Source: Paraspadella gotoi (Eukaryota; Animalia; Chaetognatha). Taken from it: 20,174 nucleotides of DNA. The stretch lies in contig JBJCIZ010000329.1 in NCBI GenBank assembly GCA_051294375.1, positions 1 through 20,174 on the forward strand, read 5' to 3'. Position 1 is the first letter of the stretch; each line of letters starts with the position of its first letter. Shown here piece by piece: positions 1-11,100 of the stretch. The translations under genes were made by a program, and so were the position numbers. The notes beneath the pieces are model-generated. The model saw only the letters and a program-made list of their open reading frames with translations, ran no database searches and was not told the origin of the DNA.

Positions 1-235
1 AGAGAGAGATCTTTCTCCTTTCATGAATGGGTTTCCTGAGAAATGAGGTTTTTTTCTCAGTGAACCTTACGGCGATAGGCTTTCGACTTGTGGGAATATT
101 TCTTGAACTCCGGGCGATCTCTGACAATCATATTTAGTTTTAATGGATATTTTAATTAGAGAAAAGCTAGGAGTTTGGGTTATTGTTCTAGTTAATAAAA
201 GATCTAGGACACATGTATTTTGATCTTGTTTTGGA

Positions 236-256
236 AGAGAGAGAAGAGAGAGAGAG

Positions 257-313
<57 letters not shown>

Positions 314-318
314 TAGAG
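236..318. repeat. (GA)n microsatellite
   Basis: Directly visible. Confidence 0.95.
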
Positions 319-1315
319 GTGCTGACCGTAAATAATCAGTCCATCTCGGCTTATCTGTTTACGAATTTGTCACTACTTCAGTTCCACGCGATCGCCTTTC
401 GTGCATTCTGATATATGATTTCGCCAACCAATTTTTGCCCATTAAATCAAATTAAAAAACCTGTCTTCACAATAATTTAATTTTTAAAATTTCCCGCTGG
501 GTTTGTTTAATTAAAATTAATTTAAAAGAAAGCTATTGTAATTCTTTTACATGCTGGTAGAAGCGGAAGCTGTTACGTAAACATTATAAAATATATGAAA
601 AATAAAATATATATAAAATATAAAAATATATATATGGTCTATCCGTTTCGATTTTGTTATTTCTAGAAAATGTTTTCAGAGAGTCGTATTATTTTGCCTC
701 AATGCTTCCGAAGCGAGCACACCTACAATTTTTTCTCTTCGCCATTCTAACGAGAAAAAACGGTCTTTAACGTCAACGAGAGAAAGCTGAATCGTCATTC
801 GATACTCTTCGTTCTTCGCCCTTGGCATCGAATTTCGTTGACGCTTTGAGTTATTTTTTAGTGATAAATTAAATCTGCGTCGTAAAAACAATAAAAGTAA
901 GGTAAAGCAGTCAGATTTATTCCGTTTTTCATTTTTGTTTTATAAGTGATTATAAGAAATATATTTTTTTAAATTAAAAATATATACAACTCGATATTCG
1001 ACTGAAAATTTTTTTGTTTTTTAGATAGAAAACGTTTTAGATTTTTTTATGTAGTGCTCAACCCTATCTACATATTCTTCATAATTCTATGAAAGTAAAT
1101 TTTATGAAGACATGAATTATTGGATTAGATTTCTCTGAATTTGTCAACGCAGAAATATAAATGAACTGCCGAGAGACATTTTCACGATAAACGATTTGTG
1201 ATTGCGGCAGTGATTCGGAGCGTCGTCGTTAAAGGCGAACAGTTTGATCCCGCGTCGTCACGTTACCGTCTTCGTTTCCTTTTCCATCATTTTCTCTCCG
1301 GTCATTTTCTCCCTA

Positions 1316-1390
1316 CCTTGCCCCTTTAATATCCCCCCCTTGCCCCTTTAATATCCCTCCCCTTGCCCCTTAATATCCCTCCCTTGCCCT
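1316..1390. repeat. ~21-22-bp minisatellite CCTTGCCCCTTTAATATCCCTC, ~3.5 copies
   Basis: Directly visible tandem copies. Confidence 0.9.
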
Positions 1391-1585
1391 TCCATTATGT
1401 ATCTTCCAGCGCACCCTTTCCCTATCCTTCTCCTCCCCTCCTACCTTTTACGATTTTAGATCGACTTTTTTTTTTCGCCTATCAACTCAAACGGGAGTTC
1501 GAACGTGAATTCGGCGTCGCCGGACGCGCGGCGGCAGCGCCGCAGCGTCGGCGACACCTTCAATGCCGGGTCGGCACTTCAAGGT

Positions 1586-1628
1586 AGAAAGAAAGAAAGA
1601 AAGAAAAGAAAGAAAGAAAGAAAGAAAG

Positions 1629-1674
<46 letters not shown>

Positions 1675-1681
1675 AAAAAAA
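1586..1681. repeat. Compound (GAAA)n/(GA)n/poly-A microsatellite
   Basis: Directly visible. Confidence 0.95.
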
Positions 1682-2344
1682 TGAAAGATTGATTTTTAAG
1701 CCTTTGAAATAAATCACGCTAAATCCACTAAGACTTAGCCTTTTAAAGCGTATAAAACAGTAGTTACATTATATTTGCTTTTTCTTTTCTTTAATGAATT
1801 AGTTTATGGTAAACGTAATACTAATAGTGAGCTTAGTATGGCGACTTTTTAACTTCGATTCCTAACCTACATTTAGTATAAAAGTTTTCTTTTTTTCTGT
1901 GTTTCCAAACAATTCATTCGATATATTACGGTTTTGCCGCATTTTTTTTAAAACTAATAAACACTGCTGAGTTTTATCCACGAATTTTCCGTTGAGTGCG
2001 CTATTGATCCTCGACTAAAAATTCCCCGACTCGAGATCGGATTAATTCTGTCTTTCCCGCCGCCGCACGACACGACGTAAACGCGTATCGCGGATTTCTC
2101 CGAGAAAGCGATTTTGTCTCCCTCACCGTTTAAGCTCCCTGAAACTCGGTCAAAATTCTCGCTCGTTTAGGTCCAGTTTATCTAGGGTTGTTACATGTTT
2201 CGGCATGGACGATGCTGTATGCGAATTGCGAGTTGGGCAAGTATATTTCGTATAATATTAATTAACGAAAAATTTCATTGCGTCGACTTTCTTTTTTTTA
2301 ATTTTTTTCTCCTAATTTTTCTCTGTCGACTGAAAAATCTCCTA

Positions 2345-2650
2345 TGTGGGGGATATTCACACCGCCTCACATCCACCATCGTTCAGCCTATCCCATTGGC
2401 TCAGTGGGGAACCCACCATCCAAGCGTTGCGTTCCTTCCCCGTCCTAACGACTTCCCTCTGTGTTGGCAAAGTGAGACCGTCCTGGGTAACCGCGCCAGT
2501 GCCAGGGGGTCGAAACCCCCCAAAAGCTAAGTGCGAGATGTCCCATCCAATGGGCATCACAGCCAACCCGGCTGTTGCCATAGTGGTGAGCCCTACTATC
2601 GAACACGCAACTTCTCAGGGTATGCTCTGAAAACGCCTATGCCCTGCCGA
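2345..2650 (+). repeat. Hairpin-rich interspersed element, copy 1 (possible retroelement UTR, SINE or ncRNA)
   Basis: GC-richer island with multiple inverted repeats; homologous to 2734-3210. Strand is tentative. Confidence 0.6.
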
Positions 2651-2733
2651 CTTTGGTATACTATGACAAATCCTATGCCCTGGTTTTGCTACAACAAGAA
2701 GAACCTGAGTGAGATATTGGCCATGTGATTACA

Positions 2734-3210
2734 GTGGTGTATATTCACACAGCTCACATCCACTATCGTTTAGAAATCCCATTGACTCATCCCAAGCGTT
2801 GCGTTCCATCGCAGTAAAGCAAAAATATAAAATCAGTAAAATCAAATTGAAATAGTAGATCATGAACAGAAATGTTAAAATTTTAAAATGTTTTTTCTTA
2901 TTTTTTGAAAGCAGATTAAATTTCCTCACGAAAAATTGATAAAAGGAAATAAAAATAAAACAATATCTTTAGTACAAGACTGTTCAAGAGTGTTCATCAA
3001 GATGTTCATTAATAACTATTCAAAATTTGATCTTCAACTTTCCACTGCCCCTTAATCCACAGTCCTAACGACTTCCCTCTGCGTTGCAAAGCGAGAACCA
3101 TCCTTGGGTGACCGCGCCAGTGACAGGAGGCGTCACTTGAGGTCCGAAGCCCCAAAGCCAACATGAATGCCCCATTCCTAATGGGCATCACAGCTAACGG
3201 CTGTTGCCAT
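2734..3210 (+). repeat. Diverged copy 2 of the 2345-2650 element, interrupted by a 248-bp AT-rich insertion
   Basis: Shared blocks ATATTCACAC, TCACATCCAC, CCAAGCGTTGCGTTCC, GTCCTAACGACTTCCCTCTG, ACCGCGCCAGTG, AATGGGCATCACAGC and GGCTGTTGCCATA occur in the same order. Confidence 0.85.
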
Positions 3211-3997
3211 ACATATCGTCGCAGAGGATCATGACTCCAGAATCAACGACTCGGAATGGAACATTTCTCAATTGGTCAAGAGACAAATGGCACCGGTCAA
3301 TGATCGGAATGGGCTTCCATCCGACGGTGAATTTTACCCTTACCTCCGATCCGACGAAGCTGTATAAATTGGAACCCATATCTGTATTGATTCACTCTGC
3401 CCCAAATATTGACACCGTCTTGTATATGGTCTATATCTGAACGAATAAATCACTTTGATTTCGTCTCGAAATCCCTGTCTACTTAGTACTTACTTAATAC
3501 TATATTGTTTCTTTTTCTTGAGAGCTCTCAGTACTTACGAGCGACGGCTTTATCTGCGAATTCGTAATACTTGTCCTTGAGTGAGAAAGTACAAATCTCG
3601 CCATTTTAATTATTCATCTAATATCTGAAGAATATCGTACAAATCTTTTCAGTACTCCCCCGAAAAATATCTTCTATTATGGTGCGGGTTAAAAGGTAGT
3701 CTGAAACTATTCCCAACGTATATCAAGAAACGCCATCTCTCCGTTCAAAACTCTCGAATTTCGTCAACGCAAAGAAAGGTCCATCGCGAAATCCGAGCAC
3801 GTTTTGGGCAAGGAGGCGATTAAAGCGAAGATCGGTTTTTAGGCGAAAGAGGAAATGGTCAAAACCCAAAGACTCGTTCCTTCCATGATCCCATTTCATC
3901 CGAGAGACGTGACTTTGGCGACGAATCGCTTCCTCGCTCTTGGGGTTTTTTTTTTTTTAAATGTGCCACTTTTTCTATTTTCGATTTTTTTTCTAAA

Positions 3998-4070
<73 letters not shown>
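3998..4070. repeat. (TATC)n microsatellite
   Basis: Directly visible. Confidence 0.95.
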
Positions 4071-4071
<1 letters not shown>

Positions 4072-4379
4072 TCTTTTTTTTAATTCTTCTATCTTGTCTC
4101 TTTCCCACTCTTTCTGTCTTCTCTCTCTTTCCCACTCTCTCTTACGGCCGCTGTCATCCCACTCTCGCATTCTCCCTTTTTCCTCCCTTCTTTCCCCGCC
4201 ACGCACAGAACGCCGCCGTTTCGCCGCATGAGCGCGCCGCGCGCGAATTGTCGCTCGTGAGGGACGGCCGCGCAACCTGGGCATCCTGTGTCAAAACTGC
4301 GCTGACGAACTCAGAAATCGTGTCGGCGTGTTGACCTGCGACGAGCACAGAGAATACCCAGGTGAACGCTGGGTGACGG

Positions 4380-5199
4380 CACAGGATCAAAAAAAAAAAA
4401 TTAAAACTGATAAAACCACTGTTGAACATACGGCATAAATACATATCAGCCTTCCATAGTAATGGTACGAAGTCTTAGGTAAAAATAACGGTTTCCAAAA
4501 ATTATTCTTTCTCAGTTATAAGCAAATCTCTATTTCGGGTGAATCTTTGAGAGGTTTGTTTCACCCACATGGGTGGAGGAGAAAAATTATTTGACTTTGT
4601 TATATTAAAGCTCTTTGTCTATTATATCACTATGTATGATATAAAAAAAACATAGGTAAAAACTTATAGAATTTCAGCGATTTCAATAACCAGATTTAGT
4701 TCCTAATGATACATCTTCTCATAATCAGTTATCAATTAAATCACATCCGCATTCGTCCGCCCCTTTTGATAAATTCAAAAATGCTTTCATTCAAAAAATA
4801 ATAAAAAAGAATTCGATATCTTCCAAAAAATACCATATGATTCTTTTCTTTGATCTATTTTCCGATCTTAATTTGCTTAGCGCACTTTTTAAAAAGATTA
4901 ATTAATGATTTTATATTTAGCAAACATACACCTATTACTTTATAATAAAATAAATAAAAAATATTAAGTTAGGTCAATTTTTTTCAATATCAAAATTATA
5001 ATCAAAAAGTTGTTCAACTACCATTCTGTAAGAACCAAATTTTTCTCCATATTTTTTCAAATTACTTTTTATATCATTTGAAACGTTTCAAAGACCTCAG
5101 AGGGCATCTATGCCATCTATGATAATCAGCATACGAGAAAAAATTATTTTAGCCAAAAAGGAGGTTTTTCCGGAAATTTAAGGCATTTGGATCACTGTG
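4380..5199. mobile_element. Non-autonomous DNA transposon with Transib-like (CACAGTG) terminal inverted repeats
   Basis: Left CACAG-GATCAAAAAAAAAAAATTAAAACTGATAAAACC (4380-4417); right, reverse-complemented, CACAGTGATCCAAATGCCTTAAATTTCCGGAAAAACC (5199-5163). AT-rich non-coding interior. Flanks GACGG / CGGGG are GC-rich but not an exact 5-bp TSD. Confidence 0.5.
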
Positions 5200-6338
5200 C
5201 GGGGCCCGACCCGTAGGATTTTTTTCGGGTAACTTTAAACAAATTTCAAGGAAGTAAATGTTTCGTATAGTAATACATGTATATATATGTATGTTAGTAT
5301 TATGTAGTATGTATGTACGTATGTAATATATGTATGTACTCAGCTGCTCACTTCTTCAGGCGGTTTGTAATTCAATTACAGTAACAATTTATTTTAGTTA
5401 ATTCGTAATTATAGTGTTTTTTTGTGTTTTTTTAAAATTATTTAAAGGCCTCTTTTTATAAGTTTAGGTTTTAAGAAAAACTCACATCAGGCAGCTTCGT
5501 TTAGTGTTTAAATATTTTTATTACTTAACTACAGGATATGGTGAGCAAATGTTGAAATTCGTTCCTACGAAAGAGGAGTCGATCCGTGGAAGAGGCACGA
5601 ATCGGAAGCCGCGTTGATGACGAGGCGACAGTGATCTCCAGTTGACGCCTTTACTCACTGACTTTTTAGTCGGATCTGCTTTACGCAGATTCGACTCTAA
5701 ATTCCACTTTGTCGTCCGTCGGTCCACCCCCAACTTGTCGGGCATTAACTTAGATTAATGTCAGAACATCAAATAATATGCAACAAAAAAATGATGTCCG
5801 TCCGTCCGTCCGTCTGTCCGTCCGTCCCCCCTTTAGCAAACAACTCCAATTAAAGAAAGAAAGAAAGAGAAAGAAAGAAAAAAGAAAGAAAGAAAGAGAA
5901 AAAGAGAGAGAGAGAGAACTATATAAGATCGGATTTTAAATTAATTTTTCTTCAAATATATGAAATGTAGAACCAATTTAAAATTATCCATTCATATAAT
6001 AAATAAGCTATCTTGACCCTGACTTTGGATAATGCTCAGACTGAATTTCAGTAAGCAAACAAAAATAGCGATTAATTTTCCTATAAAAAAATAGAAAAAA
6101 ACTCTTAAATATCACAACATGCAGCTACTAAAAACTCGTAAAATTATTAAGCATTATGAAATTATTAATAAAACGTAGAAATATTATTAATAATTATATG
6201 TAATTAAAAAAAATAAAACTCATCGTCAGATGCTCTTTTATCTTTTGTTCTTTTTGACCGGCTTGACCGGTCTTTAACATTAAAAAGTACGAAATGACGT
6301 ATTCGATCTCGGGATCCTCATGTTCGATGCGAAAATAT

Positions 6339-6382
6339 TTATACGAATTATACGAATTATACGAATTATACGAATATACGAA
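6339..6382. repeat. 9-bp tandem repeat (TTATACGAA) x~5
   Basis: Directly visible. Confidence 0.9.
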
Positions 6383-6513
6383 AATTATTTTACGTCGATT
6401 AAGTGAGCGAACGTTTTACGTCTGGTATATTTTCTGACTTTTGGGACTAATATCGATCTCTTGATAGTTTTAGAGTCTCATCAGCAAGTGATTTTTACCA
6501 CAAGTTGAGTTAG

Positions 6514-6516
<3 letters not shown>

Positions 6517-6568
<52 letters not shown>
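6517..6568. repeat. Perfect (GA)n microsatellite
   Basis: Directly visible. Confidence 0.97.
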
Positions 6569-6571
<3 letters not shown>

Positions 6572-6864
6572 AATCGTGCGAGTGGAAATGATGAATGGAA
6601 TAAAACATAAGTCACATTTACTTGAATCTTTTACTATTTAAATCCATAATTACTCGAATTATTCATAATTGAATGGATAGAATGGGATGAATTTTGTGTC
6701 GTGTAAGAAAATGTGTTGATGAGCAGAATATAAAGTTTCGATGGAATCGAGGTGGGAAATTATTTGCATAAAAAAAAACAAAAAAAACCAAAGCCAGTTG
6801 ACTGAATTTTATTATTTATGCTTACACAATTTTTTTATTAATTAATTGATTAATAATTAAATAC

Positions 6865-6948
6865 AAAAAATGATGCAAGGTAAAAAAAATGAATGGCAAG
6901 GCTAAAAAAAATGATGCAAGTTAAAAAAAATAATAATAGTTAAAAAAA
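6865..6948. repeat. Degenerate ~20-bp repeat AAAAAAATGATGCAAGGT
   Basis: Three to four imperfect copies. Confidence 0.7.
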
Positions 6949-7715
6949 TTATTTGTTTATACCATAGTAACGGTTCAGTTAGTATGGTATGATGTTATGA
7001 TCAGTTAGGATCAAAAATTAAAAGAATATCGTCATTATCTTCTGATTAGCTGATTACCGCTAATTATCGTAGGCAAATCCGACCATTGTTTGCTCAAACT
7101 TGTTTAAATCGTCTTTATTATTAAGCAATTTTTCATTGCTTTTTTAGTTAAGATTTTTTCTGTAATCAGATACGAATTTTTTTTATTCTTATCTTCCCGT
7201 TGTCCAGAGTTTCCAGAATTGAGTTTCCAGAATTGCAACCTGATCTTTTTATTTTTTTATCGGTAGATGAAAAATATTAAATAGAGGTCGTCGCATCGGC
7301 TTTAACATCGATGACGCGTCTCCAAACTTTATCGAATGATTTTAATATGTGAACTTATCGTGGTATATTATTTTATTATTTTAACTGCTGTATATCCGCA
7401 ATCTTTTCTCTGACAACCTAAACTTGTACTTTCTCACTAACAAACATTTCGTCCAATCCCTTTCCGAAAGCCACTGGATTTTCTTCTCTGTTTACATTCT
7501 GCGCGCGACTTTCGCCCTCCCGCACCAAAACATATTCGAATAGCTATCTCTCCTCGCCGCGCTGCTGCGTATGCCATCAACCGTTACCACTTTCATTTCC
7601 GCCACCACTGCTTTCGGCTGTGACCACCTCCCTCGAGCCATGGGCATTCCGAGAGCGAGCGATGATTCTTCATTCATGACTGATTATCGCTAAAAAAGCG
7701 AAAAAGGGAACAACA

Positions 7716-7720
7716 GAGAT

Positions 7721-7758
<38 letters not shown>

Positions 7759-7797
7759 TGGGGAAAAAAAGAGAGAGAGAGAAGAGAGAGATAGAGA
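7716..7797. repeat. Imperfect (GA)n tract
   Basis: Directly visible. Confidence 0.9.
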
Positions 7798-7998
7798 AAT
7801 GGGGGTCCGGGGAGAAAAGACTAGGGAAAGGCTTGCGCAATTGAACATTGAACAATTGCAGCCTGTTTTAAAAGCCTCCTGGAAAATTTCCATTTTGTCG
7901 ATACAAATTTCCAAATTAACGACAATGGAATGCGATGTTGATTTTGGAAAAAAAATTAACATTTTTGATTATTTTTGTGTTACGTCACTTTTATATAC

Positions 7999-8164
7999 TT
8001 TTTTTAGTCGGATATGCTTATCAGCAGATTCCGATCTATAATTGTCGTCCCACCCCAAATCTTGTCGTAAGATCATATTAAACAATATCAGAACCTCAAA
8101 TTATTTATAAATTATGCAAAAAAAAATGATGTGCGTCAGTCTGTCTGTCTGTCTGTCCGTCCGC
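7999..8164 (+). mobile_element. HINE-like element 5' part, copy B, directly abutting the 71-bp array
   Basis: TTTTTTTAGTCGGATATGC-TTATCA-GCAGATTCCGATCT hairpin, then CTTGTCG..TCAGAAC..TATGCAAAAAAAAATGATGT and (GTCY)n at 8131-8164; colinear with 5663-5830. Confidence 0.8.
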
Positions 8165-11100
8165 CACTGAGAAAGCTTGTATAGAGAGACCTCCAGAGTT
8201 AAACTCCCGCTCTCTCCGGACCCACCAATCGCCTACACTGAGAAAGCTTGTATAGAGAGCCTCCAGGTTAACTCCGCTCTTCTCCGGACCCCCAATCCCT
8301 ACACTGAGAAAGCTTGTTAGAGAGACTCCGGTTAAACTCCCGCTCTTCTCCGGCCCACCAATCGCCTACACTGAGAAAGCTTGTATAGAGAGACCTCCAG
8401 TTAAACTCCGCTCTTCCCCGGACCACCAACGCCTACACTGAGAAGCTGTATAGAGAGCCTCCAGGTTAAACTCCCGCTCTTCTCCGGACCCCACAATCGC
8501 CTACACTAGAAAGCTTGTATAGAGAGACCTCCAGGTTAAACTCCCGCTCTTCTCCGGACCCACCAATCGCCTACACTGAGAAAGCTGTATAGAGAGACCT
8601 CCAGGTTAACTCCCGCTCTCTCCGGGACCACCAATCGCCTACACTGGAGAAAGCTGTATAGAGAGACCTCCAGGTTAAACTCCGTCGTCTCCGGACCCAC
8701 CATCGCCTACACGAGAAAGCTTGTATAGAGAGACCTCCAGGTTAAGACTCCCGCTCTTCCTCCGACCCACCAATCGCCTACACTGAGAAAGCTTGTATAG
8801 AGAGACCTCCAGTGTTATACCCCGCTCTCTCGGACCCACCAATCGCCTACACTGAGAAAGCTTGTATAGAGAGACCTCCAGGTTAAACTCCGCTTCTTCC
8901 GGACCCCCCAATCGCCTACACTGAGAAAGCTTGTATAAGAGACCTCCAGGTTAAACTCCCGCTCTTGATCCTCCGGAGCGACCCAGCAATCGCTCTCGAC
9001 ACCATGTACTGAAAGCTTTATAGAGAGACCTCCAGGTTAAACTCCCGCTCTTCTCCGGACCACCAATCGCCTACACTGAAAAGCTTGTATAGAAGACCCC
9101 AGGTTAACTCCCGCTTTCTCGACCCACCAATCGCCTACACTGAAAAGCTTGTATAGAGAGACCTCCAGGTTAAACTCCCGCTCTTCTCTGACCCACCAAT
9201 CGCCATACACTGAGAAAGCTTGTATGAGAGACCTCCAGGTTAAACTCCCGCTCTTCTCCGGACCACCAACGCCTACACTGAGAAAGCTTGTATATAGAGA
9301 CCCCAGGTTTAAACTCCCGCTCTCTCCGACCCACCAATCGCGCCTACACTGGAAGAAAGCTTGTATAGAGAGACCTCCAGGTTAAACTCCCGCTCTTCTC
9401 CGGACCCACAATCGCCTACACTGAGAAAGCTTGTATAGAGAGACCTCCAGGTTAAACCCCGCTCTTCTCCGGACCCACCAATCGGCCTACACTGAGAAAG
9501 CTTGTATAGAGAGACCTCCAGGTTAAACTCCGCGTCTTCTCCGGACCCACAATCGCCTACACTGAGAAAGCTTGTATAGAAGACCTCCAGGTTTAAACTC
9601 CCGCTCTTCTCCGGACCCACCAATCGCCTACACTGAGAAAGCTTGTATAGAGAGACCTCCAGGTTAAAACTCCCGCTCTTTCTCCGGACCCACCAATCGC
9701 CTACACTGGAGAAAGCTTGTATAGAGAGACTCCAGTTAACTCCGCTCTTCCCGGACCACAATCGCCACACTGAAAGCTGTATAGAGAGACCTCCAGGTTA
9801 AACTCCGCTCTTCTCCGGACCCACCAATCGCCTACACTGAGAAAGCTTGTATAGAGAGACCTCCAGGTTAAACCCGCTCTTCTCCGGACCCACCAATCGC
9901 CTACACTGAGAAAGCTTGTATAGAGAGACCTCCAGGTTAAACTCCCGCTCTTCTCCGGACCCACCAATCGCCTACACTGAGAACCGCTTGTATAGAGAGA
10001 ACCTCCAGGTTTAAACTCCCGCTCTTCTCCGGACCCACCAATCGCACTACAACTGAGAAAGCTATGTATAGAGAGACCTCCAGGTTAAACTCCCGTCTTC
10101 TCCGGACCCACCAATCGCCTACACTGAGAAAGCTTGTATAGAGAGACCTCCAGGTTAAACTCCCGCTCTTCTCCGACCCACCAATCGCTACACTGAGAAA
10201 GCTTGTATAGAGAGACCTCCAGGTTAAACTCCCGCTCTTCTCCGGAACCCACCAACGCCTACACTGAGAAAGCTTGTATAGGAGAGACCTCCAGGTTAAA
10301 CTCCCGCTCTTCTCCGGACCCACCAATCGCCTACACTGAGAAAGCTTGTATAGAGAGACCTCCAGTTAAACTTCCGCTCTTCTCGCGGACCCACCAATCG
10401 CCTACACTGAGAAAGCTTTATAGAGAGACCTCCAGGTTAAACTCCCGCTCTTCTCCGGACCCACCAATCGCCTACACTGAGAAAGCTTGTATAGAGAGAC
10501 CTCCAGGTTAAACTCCCGCTCTTCTCCGGACCCACCAATCGGCCTACACTGAGAAAGCTTGTATAGAGAGACCTCCAGGTTAAACTCCCGCTCTCTCCGG
10601 ACCCACAATCGCCTACACTGAGAAAAGCTTGTATAGAGGAGACCTCCAGGTTAAACTCCCGCTCTTCTCCGGACCCACCAATCGCCTACACTGAGAAAGC
10701 TTGTATAGAGAGACCTCCAGGTTAAACTCCCGCTCTTCTCCGGACCACCAATCGCCTACACTGAAAAGCTTGTATAGAGAGACCTTCCAGGTTAAACTCC
10801 CGCTCTTCTCCGGACCCACCAATCGCCTACACTGAGAAAGCTTGTATAGAGAGACCTCCAGGTTAAACTCCCGCTCTTCTCCGGACCCACCAATCGCCTA
10901 CACTGAGAAAGCTTGTATAGAGAGACCTCCAGGTTAAACTCCCGCTCTCTCCGGACCACCAATCGCCTACACTGAGAAAGCTTGTATAGAGAGACCTCCA
11001 GGTTAAACTCCCGCTCTTCTCCGGACCCACACAATCGCCTACACTGAGAAAGCTTGTATAGAGAGACCTCCAGGTTAAACTCCCGCTCTTCTCCGGACCC

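Larger units (their letters stand above)
5663..7105 (+). mobile_element. Helentron-associated non-autonomous element (HINE/DINE-1-like), copy A, possibly full length
   Basis: T-run, then 5' hairpin AGTCGGATCTGC-TTTAC-GCAGATTCGACT (5668-5696), then (GTCY)n at ~5795-5826. 3' end: GCAAATCCGAC (7073-7083, inverted match to the 5' GTCGGATCTGC), palindrome GTTTG-CT-CAAAC (7088-7099) and TTGTTT. This order matches the described HINE architecture. That both ends belong to one insertion is inference. Confidence 0.7.

Noticed and set aside
2345-2650. 7SK, telomerase RNA, RNase P/MRP or HDV-like ribozyme
   Set aside because: GGATGTGAGG (minus strand) and CCTAAC are only short matches. The GATC motifs, P4 consensus and nested double-pseudoknot pairings could not be built.
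3855-4444. ORFs of 159, 74 and 96 aa
   Set aside because: They run through (TATC)n and CT-rich tracts and show no recognisable domain.
7492-7692. GC-richer patch as a coding exon
   Set aside because: No recognisable protein similarity and no convincing splice-site pair; it cannot be excluded without RNA-seq.
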